A stretch of DNA of 64,000 nucleotides from Trichodelitschia bisporula (taxonomy: Eukaryota), in assembly GCA_010356995.1 (NCBI GenBank), contig ML996687.1:249803-313802 (forward strand), read 5' to 3'. The position numbers were made by a program, and so were the translations under genes. Position 1 is the first letter of the stretch; the number at the start of each line of letters is the position of its first letter. A model generated the notes under the pieces. That model was given only the letters and a program-made list of their open reading frames with translations, ran no database searches and was not told where the DNA came from. Shown here piece by piece: positions 31,376 through 44,054 of this stretch.

Positions 31376-34174
31376 CTACCCTCCCCCCCTCTCCCTCCTC
31401 CCCTGTTCCCTTTCCCTCTCCTCCCTCTCCTTCCTCGCCTCCTCCTCAGCCCGTCTAACCAACTCCACACTCTCAGCCGCCAAATCCGTCCCCACACGCC
31501 AACCCTTCAACACCACGCCCCTATCCCTCATAACCCGCTCCGCAGTCGCCCACCTCGCCCTCCACATCTGCTCCCTCTTATTCACCCCCTCCGTCCCCGG
31601 CGTCGACCCCGACCCACTGCTCGCATACCCACGCACCTGCGCCTCGCCACCATAATACGCATTCCACGCATTCGTGACCCTGCTCTGCGCGAACTGGGCC
31701 GCGGCGGCGGGGTACGCGACTAGATTGTTCCGGCGGGACGGCAGGGCGGGCGCGGGTTCGTCGTCGGCGTGGGGAGTAGCTGCGGTTTGGGGTGGGGGCT
31801 TGGTGGCTGTGCTGGGGCGCGGGGGGGGGGGTGGCGGTCTCTCGTCTGAGATGCTGGCGGCACGGTCTGCGCCGGGGTTTGCTTGCGCGGAGGACCAGAG
31901 GGAGGGTGCGGCAGGGAGGTGGTTGTATACGGCGGAGATGCCCTTGCGCGCGGTGCTGGTGTAGGATTGCTGCGAGCTTGTAGAGGTGGCGGTGTCGCGG
32001 CGGGGTGGGGGCGGGGGGAGGACCTTTCTTGGATTCGATGTTGGGGACGAGGACGAAGATGAGGATTGCAGGTCTGGATTCGCGCTTGGGCGGCGCGGTT
32101 TCGGGACTGGCGGGGCTTTCTTTGCTTCGGTCCGGTACTGCAGGTCGCTGGTTGAGGTTGAGGTGCGGAGGGCGAGTGGTTTGGCCGGTGGAGGGGGCGC
32201 GGATTTGAGCGGAGAGGGCGAGGCAGACATGACCGGAGGGGCGGGCGAAGATTTGAGGTTCGGAGGGGGAAGAGGGCGCCGGCGCGTCTTGGGCTCGACT
32301 TTCGGCTCGGTGTCGGAGCGTCTGACGCCTGGCTTCGGGGGTTCAGCGTCGTTCAAGTCGATCAGGTCTTCAGTCTCCTTCCAGATCCTTCGTGGAGGGA
32401 GACTGGGGCCCCGGCGGCGTTCCTCCTCAGCCAAGTCACGAATCGATGCTTCGATCGCGGCTTTGAGATCCGAGTCATCGTCCTCGTCGTACTTTTCGCT
32501 TGAGGAGGCGTTGGCGCTTGCGCTCCTTGATCCCAATGGCGAAGCGCTGGTTCCAGACGGATTCTTTGAGCCTGGCGTTATGGCGTCGAAGAACCCTGGA
32601 GAATCCGTGGTTGTCACGTCGCGGATGTAGACAGCGAGGACGCGGCCTGGGTTCTCGAGCACAAAGTCGGTGTAGACTTCGAGATCGGCCTCCCCGCTGT
32701 CGCCTATGAGAAGGAATTTGCGCTCCGGAAAGTCACGGGCGATCCTGTCCAACGTGCTTTTCTTCCGCTCTGCAACGGGCTCGAAGATGCCCTGGAGCAT
32801 TCCGCTGTACTGCTTCAGATGGAATGAACCAGGTGGCAGGCCGGCGAGCGAGAAAAACTTGGTGAGCACAGGGAATAGTTGCCACGGCGAGTTGGAGACG
32901 TAATGGAAGTGGACGCCAATGCCGGCTAATTGGTTGTACCATTCCCTGACACCGTCGATCGAAAGATCATCCAGATCCCGGATGAACGCATTACGAAACA
33001 TCTCGCGGGCGCCGCTGGTGATAGCTGTGTGCTTGATGGTGTCATCAATATCGCTGATGACGCTGACACCCTTTGCTTCCGTGATGATGACCTTCTCGAC
33101 GACTGAGAGGTCCTCTGAGGCGAGAACTCTCACGTGGGTAGGAACGAAATCCAGAGCTGCTCGAAGCGCAAAGTGGCCATACGGATCCGTGTAGATAGGC
33201 CGATGTCGGGACTGCGTGTCGTTGAAGAAGAACACACTGATGGCCGAATTGGCGTGCGGATTAGCGATGAATGGTTTGAGTCGAGCCATGAGGTTCGCGT
33301 TCGCCACGGCAACTTCGGCTGGGCTCATGCCGCCAGGCTGGCTCCAAGCTGCCCGTTTCTGAACCGGCGATACGATGGAAGCGAGGTTCTGATTGGAAGA
33401 GTTGTTGGTAGCGATTCTGCGTAGGTTGTCTCGGGTGGATTTGTTGGGGCCCTCGCTGTACAGTCCGCGCTCGGCAGCATCGCCTTCAATCTTAGCCCGC
33501 TCGAGCATCGCCTCTGCTTCCTCGGCAGCCTTTCGCTCCTCCCTACTGTCGGCCTTCTCTTGCAACCGGGAGTGTGGACTGCTTGATCTGCTTCCCCTGG
33601 GAGAGGATCCAGGACTGGGGGGGGAAGGCAGTCCGGCAAGCTGTCGAGCAAGACGGACCAAGAAGCGCTGCTTACGGGACATCTGCCCCTTGTGCGGTGA
33701 GAAGACCCAACCGCGCACGTCGACGTCAACAACGGCATTGTCATCCTCATACTCCTCCCACCTCTGGCGCCAGAACTCGGCGTCGCCGGTGCCCGAAGTG
33801 TCCCGTATATCTCTCCCCGCGCCAGGCTCCTCCTGTATCGTGCCAGGCTGTGCTTGGGGCTACGCAGTCAGCATTGACATCCAGCTTCTCGTAGGTAACC
33901 ATACCTTGCTCTTCGTATGTCTCCGCGCATAACTTGGGAACAAAATCATCTCCTCTGCCCCGCTCTGCGCAACCATAGCATCGGGATATGGATTTCCATG
34001 CTCATCCTCCAGCCGCATGCTCTTCTGCCCCGCTCCCCATCCCGCCGAGTAATTCTGCTGATACGACTGCCGCAAATCATTCGCCGCCTTCAAGTACCCC
34101 TTCAGCTTAGTACGCTTCCACCCAGGCTCCCTATCCACGTCATCTCGCCCACGGCCATACGTGTAGTCCGTCAT
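31376..34174 (-). CDS. APP1: Actin-patch phosphatidate phosphatase App1 (DUF2183); intron 33860-33904
   Basis: VISDIDDTIK (DxDxT), FHYVSNSPWQL, LIGDSGEADLEVY, and a Pro-rich SH3-ligand tail. Confidence 0.9.
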
Positions 34175-34957
34175 TGCGCCTCGTGGTTCATTCTTCCGCT
34201 GCTCGTTTCCAGAAATGCGTCCGCCGTGCCGCCGTAAAAGGCCAAGTATACTCTGAGCTCCGCGCGCGTGCTGCCGACCCTGAATGTAGCGGAAAATGCG
34301 GCTCTGAGCGCGGTGCTTGAGGAGGGGTAGAGTCTCGAAGCGGAGACGGTGGAGCTGCAGCCCTGCGTGATGCGTGGCTTTGGGGAAGAGGGTACGGAGG
34401 AGAGAGCGGCGAGGTGGAGGTCTGCGTGGATGTAGAGGCGCCAGGTTGAAGCGCTGGACTGGGTCCGTCGGTCCTTTTAATCGCGCTCTTAAAGCGGAGG
34501 CGAATGTGGGTTGTGAGCGGGTGAGACGTCATGCACACGCGAGGTCTCGTGGCTGTGCCAAGTGGCTGGGGATGGGTACCCGGTGCGAGAGCGGGGAGTC
34601 ACGGGGAGAGCTTCACGAGGCTGCTACACGTTGGTTGGATCGAGGTTCTGGTTTGCCTTCGGTTCAAGGTGTCTGAGATAATGAGATCCGGCGAGTTGGG
34701 GAAAGGTATCATGCAAATAAAGCTCCTCAGAAGATATCATGATGAGCAAACACGTTTCCCTTCTCTCATCCTGATAACCTTATGCGTTCAGATTTCGTGA
34801 AGGTGATATATGCCGTCCTCCCACTCAACAGAGGCTTCTGGCGGCCACCGGGTATCATCTTCAAAATATGCCATGCTCTTGTGAAGCCTTCATGCCCCCA
34901 GATGACATGCATCATGTCGCTAGGGCATCTCCAGTCTCTCAACGCCTCCAAAGCGCC

Positions 34958-35621
34958 TCACCTCCCCACCCAAATCCCCTCCCTCCCAAGCGCCCCCAAC
35001 CGTCCCAAACTCCCCACGCCGCTGTCCCCAGTCGGCCTCTTCGCGACTCTCCCCTGACTCTTGACACCTTCCACTACCCTCTCCAAGCCCGTCTCAACTA
35101 CCACACCCCCCACAATCATCTCCGCAAGCGTAGCATGCAGCGTCTCGAAGTTGAAGATGAGATCTAGCTCGCATACATTCTCAAACAGCCGGTCCAGCGC
35201 CTCGACGTACACTTGGATCAGATCGAGTAGTGCAAGAGGTGACTCCGTTGACGTCGAGATGATGATGAAGTAGAGTGTTGCGTAGTGGCGGTACGTTACA
35301 AGTGAGGGTGTGTCATTGTGCTGTGCTGTCGGGGAGGGCGTGGTGCTGCTGCCGGCGAGAAGGGGTGGGAGTCTGGGAGGTCAGCATGCAGCTGGAGAGA
35401 CGGAAGGGTGGTGCGTACGGCAAGAAGTTGCACGACGAGTTTGGCCTGTTGGCGACGAGTGTAAAGATTTCAGAGATGAGGCGCTGCTGCACGCTCGTGT
35501 CCTGCTAGGTGTTAGGCGCGTTTGTCGCAAGCGCATTGAGACGAAGGCCTACGAGTTGGGTGTAAAACTTGGTCAGGCGGGGCTGGCCGTTGTTGTTGAA
35601 GACGAGCACGGCGTTGATCAT
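34958..35621 (-). CDS. APS3: AP-3 adaptor complex sigma subunit; introns 35502-35552 and 35373-35418
   Basis: MINAVLVFNNNGQPRLTKFY, YRHYATLYF, LALLDLIQVYVEALDRLFENVCELDLIF. Confidence 0.94.
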
Positions 35622-36023
35622 CGTGGCGGGAATAGAAACGGGGATAGATACGCGAGATAGAGCAAGCGCTGGGTCTGATGTCGATCGCGATGGTTTGGAG
35701 ATTAGCAAGGTCAAACGCTGAGAGTAAGTGGCTCAAGGTACTGTACAGCGGGCGGATCTCTCGAATGACGAGCCACCAAACGGACAGCAGCAACAGCTCC
35801 CGCCAGCTCAAACGGCGGGGACCAGGGTTTGCCGCAGCACTGCACACCAAGCACCAGCACAAGCAGCACACGCCGCCCAAAAGCGGGGATCATCATTCAC
35901 CCAAAAGAAGCTCACCCTCCCACCAAAAACCTTAATCGCTCAATTCCCCCCCGCCTTCATCACCCACCCGCATCCCGTCCCAACAACCACATCACATCCC
36001 CAATTCCTCACCCCATCACCAAA

Positions 36024-36692
36024 ATGCCCCCCCTCCGTCCCGCCCTGCTCCTCCGCCGTCTCCCCCGCGCACAATCAGTCCGCGCGCCCTTCCGTGCCGC
36101 CCGCGTCTACGCCCCCTTCACCACCGCAGCTCGATACAGGGCTCCCTCCCTCCTCCCGGACACGCCCGACCCCGCGCCTCGCGAGGCGGAGAGCCATGAC
36201 GAGGGCCACGTGACGCAGCGCACGGAGTTGTCCATGGAGGACTACCACCGGCGCGCGGACGAGCTGATGGAGACACTGTATACGCGGTTGGAGAAGCGGC
36301 AGGAGGAGAGCGGCGACGTGGATGCCGAGTACCATGTACGTAGCCCCCTCCAACACTGAACCTTGATCGCGGGCAATTACTACTCGTATTTATGCTGTGC
36401 CCAATTGTTTTCGTTGCAATGGCTAACCCGCTGCTAGGATGGTGTCATGAACATCGACACCCCCAAGATAGGCACCTTCGTCATCAACAAGCAGCCGCCC
36501 AGCCGGCAAATCTGGCTCAGCTCGCCCATCAGCGGGCCCAAGCGCTTCGACTTCGTGCTGGTCGGGGAATCGATGCACCAGAAAGAGGGCGGCGGGTCAG
36601 GCGACTGGGTGTACCTGCGCGACGGCACGAGCCTGTCGAAGCTGCTGAAGAAGGAGATCGGCGTGGACATAGAGGCCGAGGAGATGGTTTGA
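36024..36692 (+). CDS. YFH1: Mitochondrial frataxin; intron 36336-36437
   Basis: Arg-rich presequence, [33 protein letters not shown]. Confidence 0.95.
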
Positions 36693-37140
36693 TCTCCGCT
36701 CGCCTGGGGTCATGACGAATTTTCTTCTTCCTTGTCGCGCTTCTTGCGCTATTCACGCTGCTACATTACGGTCCTTGATGGATGAGGGCGAGCGCTGATG
36801 AGGGGCTTTTGAGGGTTGCTGGCTATGTATCTCTAGTGAAAGCGGATTTTCGACTCTGTCTTGCATCTGATACTGGTGCTTCATGCCACTCGGGGCCGGT
36901 ATTCCGCGCTCCTGTCTCATGGCAAGCCACGATGTGCCGTGCCGTGATGGCGATATGCGGGTCTGAGTCCTTCATCTGGCCCATCCTCCCGATCTCCGAC
37001 ACCGTGTCACACTGCCGTGTGCAAGACAGGTATGCGGCACTCCCCGCTCAGGCCGCCGATTCGCGGGCAACCATCCTTCCACGACATGCGAACTCCCGAA
37101 CTCCCATTGTTGCGAACTCCCATTCTCCGCTTATTCCACT

Positions 37141-37427
37141 CTACGCCTTCACCGCAACAGCCTGCTCCGGCACTTTCTCTTCAGGCAAATCATCCTGCAA
37201 CCACCATCAGCCACCCCTTCTCAACCCAAGATAGGGTAACGACTCACCACCTCAAATATAACCCGTATCATCAAACTGCAGCTCGGACACACAGCCACCT
37301 CCTCCCCGTCACGCAGATCGCCAAGCGATATTTCGAACCGATCACCGCAGGGGCACGGGTAGTGGTAGAGTTCGAGCGCGGGGTCGAAGGTCATGTCTTC
37401 GATTTCGATTTCGTCGTAGATGGACAT
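37141..37427 (-). CDS. DPH3: Diphthamide biosynthesis protein Dph3/Kti11 (zf-CSL); intron 37195-37247
   Basis: [12 protein letters not shown]...[11 protein letters not shown]...[14 protein letters not shown]. Confidence 0.95.
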
Positions 37428-37792
37428 TTTTGAGAGGCGGATGGGAGGGAAGTAGTGAGGACGACGAGGGCTGATTAGCGGCACGGATGGGCTGTGATGG
37501 CTGGACGGTGTCGAGATGCGGTCTCTGATGTGGAAGGAGGCGTGGGGAGTTGTTGGATGACGGTGGGCAAGTTGTGCTGATGAGTCTTTCGACAGCGGCA
37601 AAAGTCTCAGGACCCCGCGTCACATGGCTCGAGCCCAGAAACCCCCGCTCAGCCTTGCGGGGAGGCGCTCTTGGCACATCCGCCCCGAGATTCGTCACCA
37701 GGCACATTGTCCCAATCCGGCAATTATCAAAAGCTTCACTTTCAGAGAACAGCGACTTAATTCATGTACAGTCTCCTCATCCACCTGAGCAC

Positions 37793-38842
37793 TTACTCAA
37801 CGTAGGTAATGCCCACCAAGATTCCCAGTCCGCTCGCAATCTTCTTCTTATTCTTCCCCTCCAAATCGCTCAACCAAACCTGGCCCCTCAAATCTGTAGC
37901 CCAAACCTGGTTACTCGGAACATCAACCGCGATCCCAATCCCCGTCCCCAGCCCGCCATACAGCACCTGCGCCTTCGCGCCCTGCACCGCGCCCCCGGCC
38001 GCCGCCGCCCCAAGCACCAGCTTATTCACGCTATTCCCGCCCGTCGTCCGCCCCCGATCCGTCCAATACAGCGTCCCGGACTCCGCAACCCAATGCGCAT
38101 CAATCGGCTCTGGCAACCCCTTAAGCAGCGTCTGAACATCGCTCCTCGCACCAGCCGTCTCCCCCGCCTTCAGCGTCGTCGGCGCGCGATGAATACTCCC
38201 CTGCCCCCCCGCCTCCCCACCCTTCTGCGTCCAGTACACGAACCCATTCTTCGTATCCACCGCCACGCCAACGACATGCTTGCACGGCTCGCCGCTGCAC
38301 GCATACTTCGCCGTATCCACCACGACCTCTAACCCAGACCCATCAATATTCGCGCGCATAACCTTCATCCCCTCCCTATCCCCCCAATAAAGCTTCTTCT
38401 TCCCTCCCTCCTCAACCAGCGTAAGCTGCTTCGCCGTATGCGTCTTCCCGGGCTGCACCACCGTAACCAACCCCTTCCCATCGAGCCCCACCCGCTGCAC
38501 ACTCCCCGCTGCCGTGTTCCCAGCGCTCGTCCCCATGTTCGTAAAGTAGATATACCCCGCTGCCCTGTCGACCGCAATACCATCGGGTGCAGCCCGAAGC
38601 CCCTCAAGGATAACCCGCAAATCCGTCCCATCGGCCTTGGTGCTCAGGATACGGCCGGCCTTGAACCCGCCTTGGTCGAGGAAGTAGAGGCGCCCGCCGG
38701 CGGAGGTGGCGTTGAGCGGCGCGGCGACGACGGTTTCCGCATCGTCGGAGTCGGAGAGGTCGGGCCACTGGCGCTCGCTGAGAGGGGCAGCGCGCGCAAG
38801 GAGCAACAGCGCGGCGAGGCTGGCGGTCCGCAGGAAATGCAT
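37793..38842 (-). CDS. Secreted YWTD (LDL-receptor class B) beta-propeller protein, intronless
   Basis: Signal peptide MHFLRTASLAALLLLARA; repeats PDGIAVD..IYFTN, LYWGDREG, VYWTQKG, LYWTDRG, VWATD. Confidence 0.85.
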   Translation of the reverse strand: MHFLRTASLAALLLLARAAPLSERQWPDLSDSDDAETVVAAPLNATSAGGRLYFLDQGGFKAGRILSTKADGTDLRVILEGLRAAPDGIAVDRAAGYIYFTNMGTSAGNTAAGSVQRVGLDGKGLVTVVQPGKTHTAKQLTLVEEGGKKKLYWGDREGMKVMRANIDGSGLEVVVDTAKYACSGEPCKHVVGVAVDTKNGFVYWTQKGGEAGGQGSIHRAPTTLKAGETAGARSDVQTLLKGLPEPIDAHWVAESGTLYWTDRGRTTGGNSVNKLVLGAAAAGGAVQGAKAQVLYGGLGTGIGIAVDVPSNQVWATDLRGQVWLSDLEGKNKKKIASGLGILVGITYVE

Positions 38843-39352
38843 GGTGGTGGGTGAAGGAGTGACTGTAGGGTTGGAGATGCGGTGCGGTGCGCGTGGCGGG
38901 GGTTATAACACGGTCATCGGGGAGAGGACGTCAGTCGCCGACGACGATCGGGGTGCGCCAATCGCATTTGTTGCGAGGGCATGGTTGCGGCGGAAAGGGT
39001 GCGTCCGATATATGGAGGTCAATGAAGGGTGTGTGGAAGATCTGAGTCTCGTTACGGATAGATTGAGTGGGTGGTGGGAGGGCGGGGGGGTTGCAGCGCA
39101 GAGATCGGATAAGAGGGCAGGGTAATACTATCGATGATGGGATTTGAGCTGCTCGTAAGATTGAAGTGGACGATAAAGTGCTTGTTCTTGAGCGGGTGCT
39201 GGGAACGAGTGGCCGAGAACCGAGCCGACCTTGTCGGCGCATAGTGGCGCCTACCTGATGTTCCTGTCAGCGGACATTCTGGAAGCGGACAAGATAAGCT
39301 AAGCTTTAATACCTGGCGGCGACGGCTCGCTTAAAGCTGTGAAGCATTTATG

Positions 39353-39380
39353 ATGATAGATCTCCGATGATAAATCTCCG
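39353..39380. repeat. Tandem 14-mer ATGATA(G/A)ATCTCCG x2
   Basis: Read directly from the sequence. It lies just past the NRK1 stop and upstream of the YWTD gene. Confidence 0.7.
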
Positions 39381-39414
39381 CATAGTCGCGGTTGAGGCCG
39401 CGCCGACGTCGCGC

Positions 39415-40374
39415 TCATCCCGCAACAACCCCGCGCTCCCGACAAAACTCCTCGTAGATCTTCTGTAAAGCCTCCGAAATTGTGACCGGCTTATAATTCG
39501 GCCCATTGCTCACCGATTCCGTCGGTATGCCTTCGATGCGCAAGTCCTTGCAAACCGCCTCATCCAGCTCTCCCTCCACATTCCCATCCTTGAAGAGAAA
39601 GGCGTGATCGCGCACGTAATTCGGCCACATGATCGCGTCTACGTATCCCTCTGGATCTTCCCAGAAGCCTTCGATTGTGACGTAGCCGCGTCTAGCTTCG
39701 CGACGTGTCTTAACGGTCTCGTAATTTGCACGTAGAAGTAGTTTGATGTCGAACAGATCGCGTGCGGCGGCGAGGTCTTCGGAGAAGAGCAGGAAGCCAT
39801 CCACGATGACGACCTTCACGGACGTATCCTGTGATTTGTCGTCTTTGTCTGCCTCTGCGCCCTCCTTCAGCCCAAGTGCCTGCCTCAGCCGCGTCCGCCA
39901 GTAATCCACTAGCGATGGATCAATTGGCACCTCTTTAACGTCGTTTTGATCCTCCTTGCTGTTCCAAGTTCTGTTCACGAAGCCGTTCTGCTTGATATTT
40001 CTCAGAGCTTCCACCAGCTTGGGGATGTCGAGTGCGCCAGCAGAGTCCCAGTCTTGGACCAAAGACTGCTCCTCCGATTTATCTTCTCCAGCTGTTATCC
40101 TCGCTTCATCGTCCTTCTTTCCCGACCCATTTGCTCCGCTCTCCTCACGTTGTTGCCTCTTGATGTCTACGAGCGGAATTTCCCCGTCGGGCTTGTAGAA
40201 GTCATCTTCGTGGAGGATCACGGCGTGAGGCCCAAGCATGGACTTCAAGAGGCGTGCGATGGTTGTTTTGCCGCTGCAGGACGGGCCTGAGAGGGCCAGA
40301 AGGAGAGTTGTGGAGGTTCCTTCTTTGTAGGAGGCCGATGCGGGAGGTGGGGAGGAAGTAGGCGGGGTACTCAT
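39415..40374 (-). CDS. NRK1: Nicotinamide riboside kinase (P-loop kinase)
   Basis: ALSGPSCSGKTT, ILHEDDFYK, VDGFLLF, RREARRGYVTIEGFWEDPEGYVDAIMWPNY. Confidence 0.9.
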   Translation of the reverse strand: MSTPPTSSPPPASASYKEGTSTTLLLALSGPSCSGKTTIARLLKSMLGPHAVILHEDDFYKPDGEIPLVDIKRQQREESGANGSGKKDDEARITAGEDKSEEQSLVQDWDSAGALDIPKLVEALRNIKQNGFVNRTWNSKEDQNDVKEVPIDPSLVDYWRTRLRQALGLKEGAEADKDDKSQDTSVKVVIVDGFLLFSEDLAAARDLFDIKLLLRANYETVKTRREARRGYVTIEGFWEDPEGYVDAIMWPNYVRDHAFLFKDGNVEGELDEAVCKDLRIEGIPTESVSNGPNYKPVTISEALQKIYEEFCRERGVVAG

Positions 40375-40952
40375 TTTGGCTGTGAGATGAGGAAACGGCC
40401 CGGGATGAAGCTGATAGAGGGAGGTGAAGCTTGAAGAAACTTGTGCAAATCTGGTGAGACGGCGTTCGATGTCAAAAATATTTTTAGTGAGGCATTGTTA
40501 GCAGACTGTTCATCGGAGGCAAGTGCTGAGTCAAAGCTCCGGGGGTGCGGGATGCGATACTGGGATACTCCGTTTCGGCATCCTGAGCCTTGTCACTGCT
40601 AATTTAGGTTAAAGGATAAATTCACCACGGGAGAGCATGTCTTTCACCATCTAGTAAATACTGAAGACTCAGCTAGAACTATGACTATCTAAACATCGTT
40701 AAGAAGCCTATCTATCCTCAGATAAAGGTCCACCTCTGACATACGCCGCTTCGTTGGATATCCGCGCCCATATTCATCACAGATCGCCAAACCCAGATCC
40801 AGCCATTCGTACATGATATCCGCCCAAAAACACCGGCTATGCATACAGGCAAGTAGAGACAGTCCGCCGACTATGGGTATCACGCGCCCAACCAGTACAC
40901 CAAGCCAAAGGGAACAAACGCCGCAGACCAGATCCATCCGCGAGGAGACCCA

Positions 40953-42483
40953 TTAAACAGCCTCCTTCTTCTCCTCGCTCTGCTCGCTTTCCTCCTCTTC
41001 CTCCTTCCAGTAGCCCCCTCGTGAGCCCAACCCCTCCTGCAACTTCCACTGCGCTTCTTCATCCCTTATTCGTCGCCCGTATCGACTCCTGCCATCACCG
41101 CTGCTCTCCCCGCTCCCCCCTGAGTCGCCAGTGCCAGTTCGACTCCCCCGCCGCTCGTAAACGTCGTCTTCGTCTAGAACCCCGAGAGCATCCAGATCCT
41201 CCCTTCCAAACAGCCCCTGTTCCCGCCACGAGGGCACTTTTGCAGGTTTCAGAGGTGCAATCGAAGAACGTGAGTCGAACGAAGTCGGCTTGTGTAAGTT
41301 TGTGTGGTGCCCATGGTGTGAGTTATGGTGTAAGCTAGTAAACGCGTGCGCAATGGCATGAGAATGCGCATGAGAGTGGCTGTGAGAAGAATGGGCGTGG
41401 GATTGCGGGGGAGAATGGGGGCGAGTGTGATCTGCTGGTCCCAACGGGAGCTGCAGCTGTGTCATATCGAGGCTAGAGTGCTGGCTGCGCGGTTTATGGC
41501 TCGCGCTGGCTCCCGTCCAACCATTCCTCCCCGACGATCCGCTGTGCCTCTGCGGAGCGTGGCGCGCGCGGGCCGTGCGCTGAGAGTGATACGGAATCGA
41601 CCGAACCGTGAGATCGTGGTCAAAAGCATCTAAAGGGAACACGCGGCGGAGGAGAGGCCACATGAACGGCAAGTTCGCGACCAGCAGTGCGGTGCTGCTC
41701 TCGCGCACGTACCAGTAGGTCCAGGCAGAGCCGTACGGGTGGCGGAAGGAGTAGTACTTGTTGAGCACGGCGGCGAGGATGACGAAAACACCAACGCCGA
41801 AAATGCAGCCGAGGATGGCCTTGCGATTCCAGGGGAGAGAGGAGCGGAGGAAAAGCGAGAAGCCAAGTGTGAGCATGGCAACGTCGGAGGAGATGTTGAA
41901 GGCGGCATTGGTGATGAGGTGATGGGTTGCGGTGCTGCATTGCGAGTTTAGGGTGGGGAGGGCCCAGTAGGCGGAGAAGGGCCGGCACCAGACGGCTAGG
42001 TAGAGAATCTCCATGATGACGAAGGTCGCTAACACATAGACGGAGAGGAGCTTGACGGCTAGGTTGGCGGGCAGGTTCAGCCTTGCATGGTCAGCAGAGG
42101 CATACTTTAATATCAAGAGACACGCACGTAAGCCTGTTGTACAGGAACAAGAGGCATGCTTTCAGCATCCAAATGGTCACACATTGCATCTGCTCAACGA
42201 CAAGCACGAGTTTACTGCCGCGCATGCGCTCTGCGCGCTCCTCGGGTGAAAAGGCATTGACATCCTCGCCAGGGGCGATGAGATTCGACTTGGTGGAATA
42301 GACTTCGTTGATGACGACGATGAGGGTGGTATAACAGGCGAGAGCCAGGAGCATTAACCAGTCGTCTATCTTGAGCTTCTTGATAGACCCGAAGTTGAGA
42401 GTTCGAGCCAGAATGCGACAAGCAACGATGAACACGCCGCTGGCGTACCAGATCCATGACTCGACGTGAAACGGCGTGCCCAT
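40953..42483 (-). CDS. PTH11-like (fungal rhodopsin-domain) 7-TM membrane protein without CFEM; intron 42082-42127
   Basis: KIDDWLMLLA, IWMLKACLLFLYNRL, WCRPFSAYW..QC, AAFNISSDV, WYVRESSTALLVANLP. Confidence 0.88.
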
Positions 42484-44054
42484 GTCTCGGGATGAGGTTT
42501 TGAACGCTCAGTAAGGCGCGGGGAGACCTCAGGTCGGAGCCAAGCCGGGAAGCAACGACATAATTGGGAGATTTGGAGCTATCCGGTTGCCGAAAGACTC
42601 TGCAGCGGGGAGGCGGGTAGAGCGATGGAAGCAGTGTATCCTCAAAATTTTGGGGTTTGACGTGGACGTGAGGGAGTTGATGACACGGAGGAAGAGGTGA
42701 CGAGCGTCAAGACGGGGAGACGAGATGACAACCAAGCAAGTTGAGGAACACAAAAGACACCAGGTGCCGCAGATGATATGAGAGTGTGGGGTGGGAGGAG
42801 GGAGGCGAAGCAAGCAAGCAAGCAGCGGGCCATATCTCCAATCTCCAAGGCCCTTATCTTCCACTGGCTGCGAGATTCCTCCAGAGCCCAGCCAGTGAAT
42901 AGCTCACGAAGCTAGCCTTCTTAGAGGCCGAATCCGTCATCCACACCCCACCCCACCACCACCAACACCACCAAAGCCGTCCCCGGTGATCGACTACAAG
43001 GCCCCGCTCCTAACATAGGACGGGTGCGTTCGGGAGGGCTGCGGGTGAGGCGAATTTCGTGTGCATTAAAGTCGCACACCGAGGGGTCGGTGAGGCACAA
43101 TGTACAACGAACACGGCATTTCTGCTGCTTCCCGCTGCATTGGCAGTGAAGATCGAGGCAAACTACAACGAAACCGCATCGTTTGACTCGACCTCAATGC
43201 CTTGTACCGGGGATCGCGACATTAAAGTGCGCAACCCGCGCGACCGGTTGAAAATACTCTGGGGCCCCACGGTTTCTCTCGTCAGGCAGGCTGCGAGGAA
43301 AAGAGAGGGGCGATGAGGCGCTCTTGGTGCATGATGAGCTGAAGCGGGAACTGGGAACCCCAGGAATAGTATAACTGGACGCTTCGGGCGCATATGATGA
43401 TATGTACAGTAGGAACTGGGGGGTGGGGGAGTGCAGCGGCGCATGAAGTTGCAGAATGGTGGAGATGGTGGTAGGTTGAGAGTGGGATGAGGCGCTGTCT
43501 GAACCGGCGTGGGGTGCGTGGGGTGTGTGATGGCAAGCATGAGTGAAGATCGCGGGTGAGGCGGGCGGGCGGGTGATGAAGAGGAAGAGGAAGAGGCAGT
43601 GCCGAGAGAACCAGCCTGGAGGCGGTGGCGCGTGAGCGATTTCCGCACCGTCGGGCAAGAGTGGGGATCTTGGCAGGACTTTTTTCGGCGCAAACTACTT
43701 TTGCGACTGAACGGCTTTTATGGCTGTTGTTGTGTGCGCTTTCTGATACAAGCCTTCTGCGTATTTCCAGGGGTGACAGCCTTTATATCGCTTCGTTTAA
43801 GACTAGCGCTATGGACATGTAGATAGTAGATATCCAGGGCATCTCACACACATGGCACTCAGCAGCAGCACAGGGAGCATTTTGACATGACTGAAATAGA
43901 CAGAATCCGTTCATTGACCTTGAACACCATTTTGACCACCCAACCATATGCACGATAGCTTACTCAGCGGACCCAATAGACCCGAACACCATCCCCGCCA
44001 TTGCGCCGCCAAGGACTCCCCGAAAACAGCAGTGTCCAACCGCACTACGTACTC

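Noticed and set aside
30204..37427. Metal-cofactor genes COX11, YFH1 and DPH3 close together as a possible cluster
   Set aside because: They are interleaved with unrelated APP1 and APS3, and I saw no shared motif. This is ordinary housekeeping gene order.
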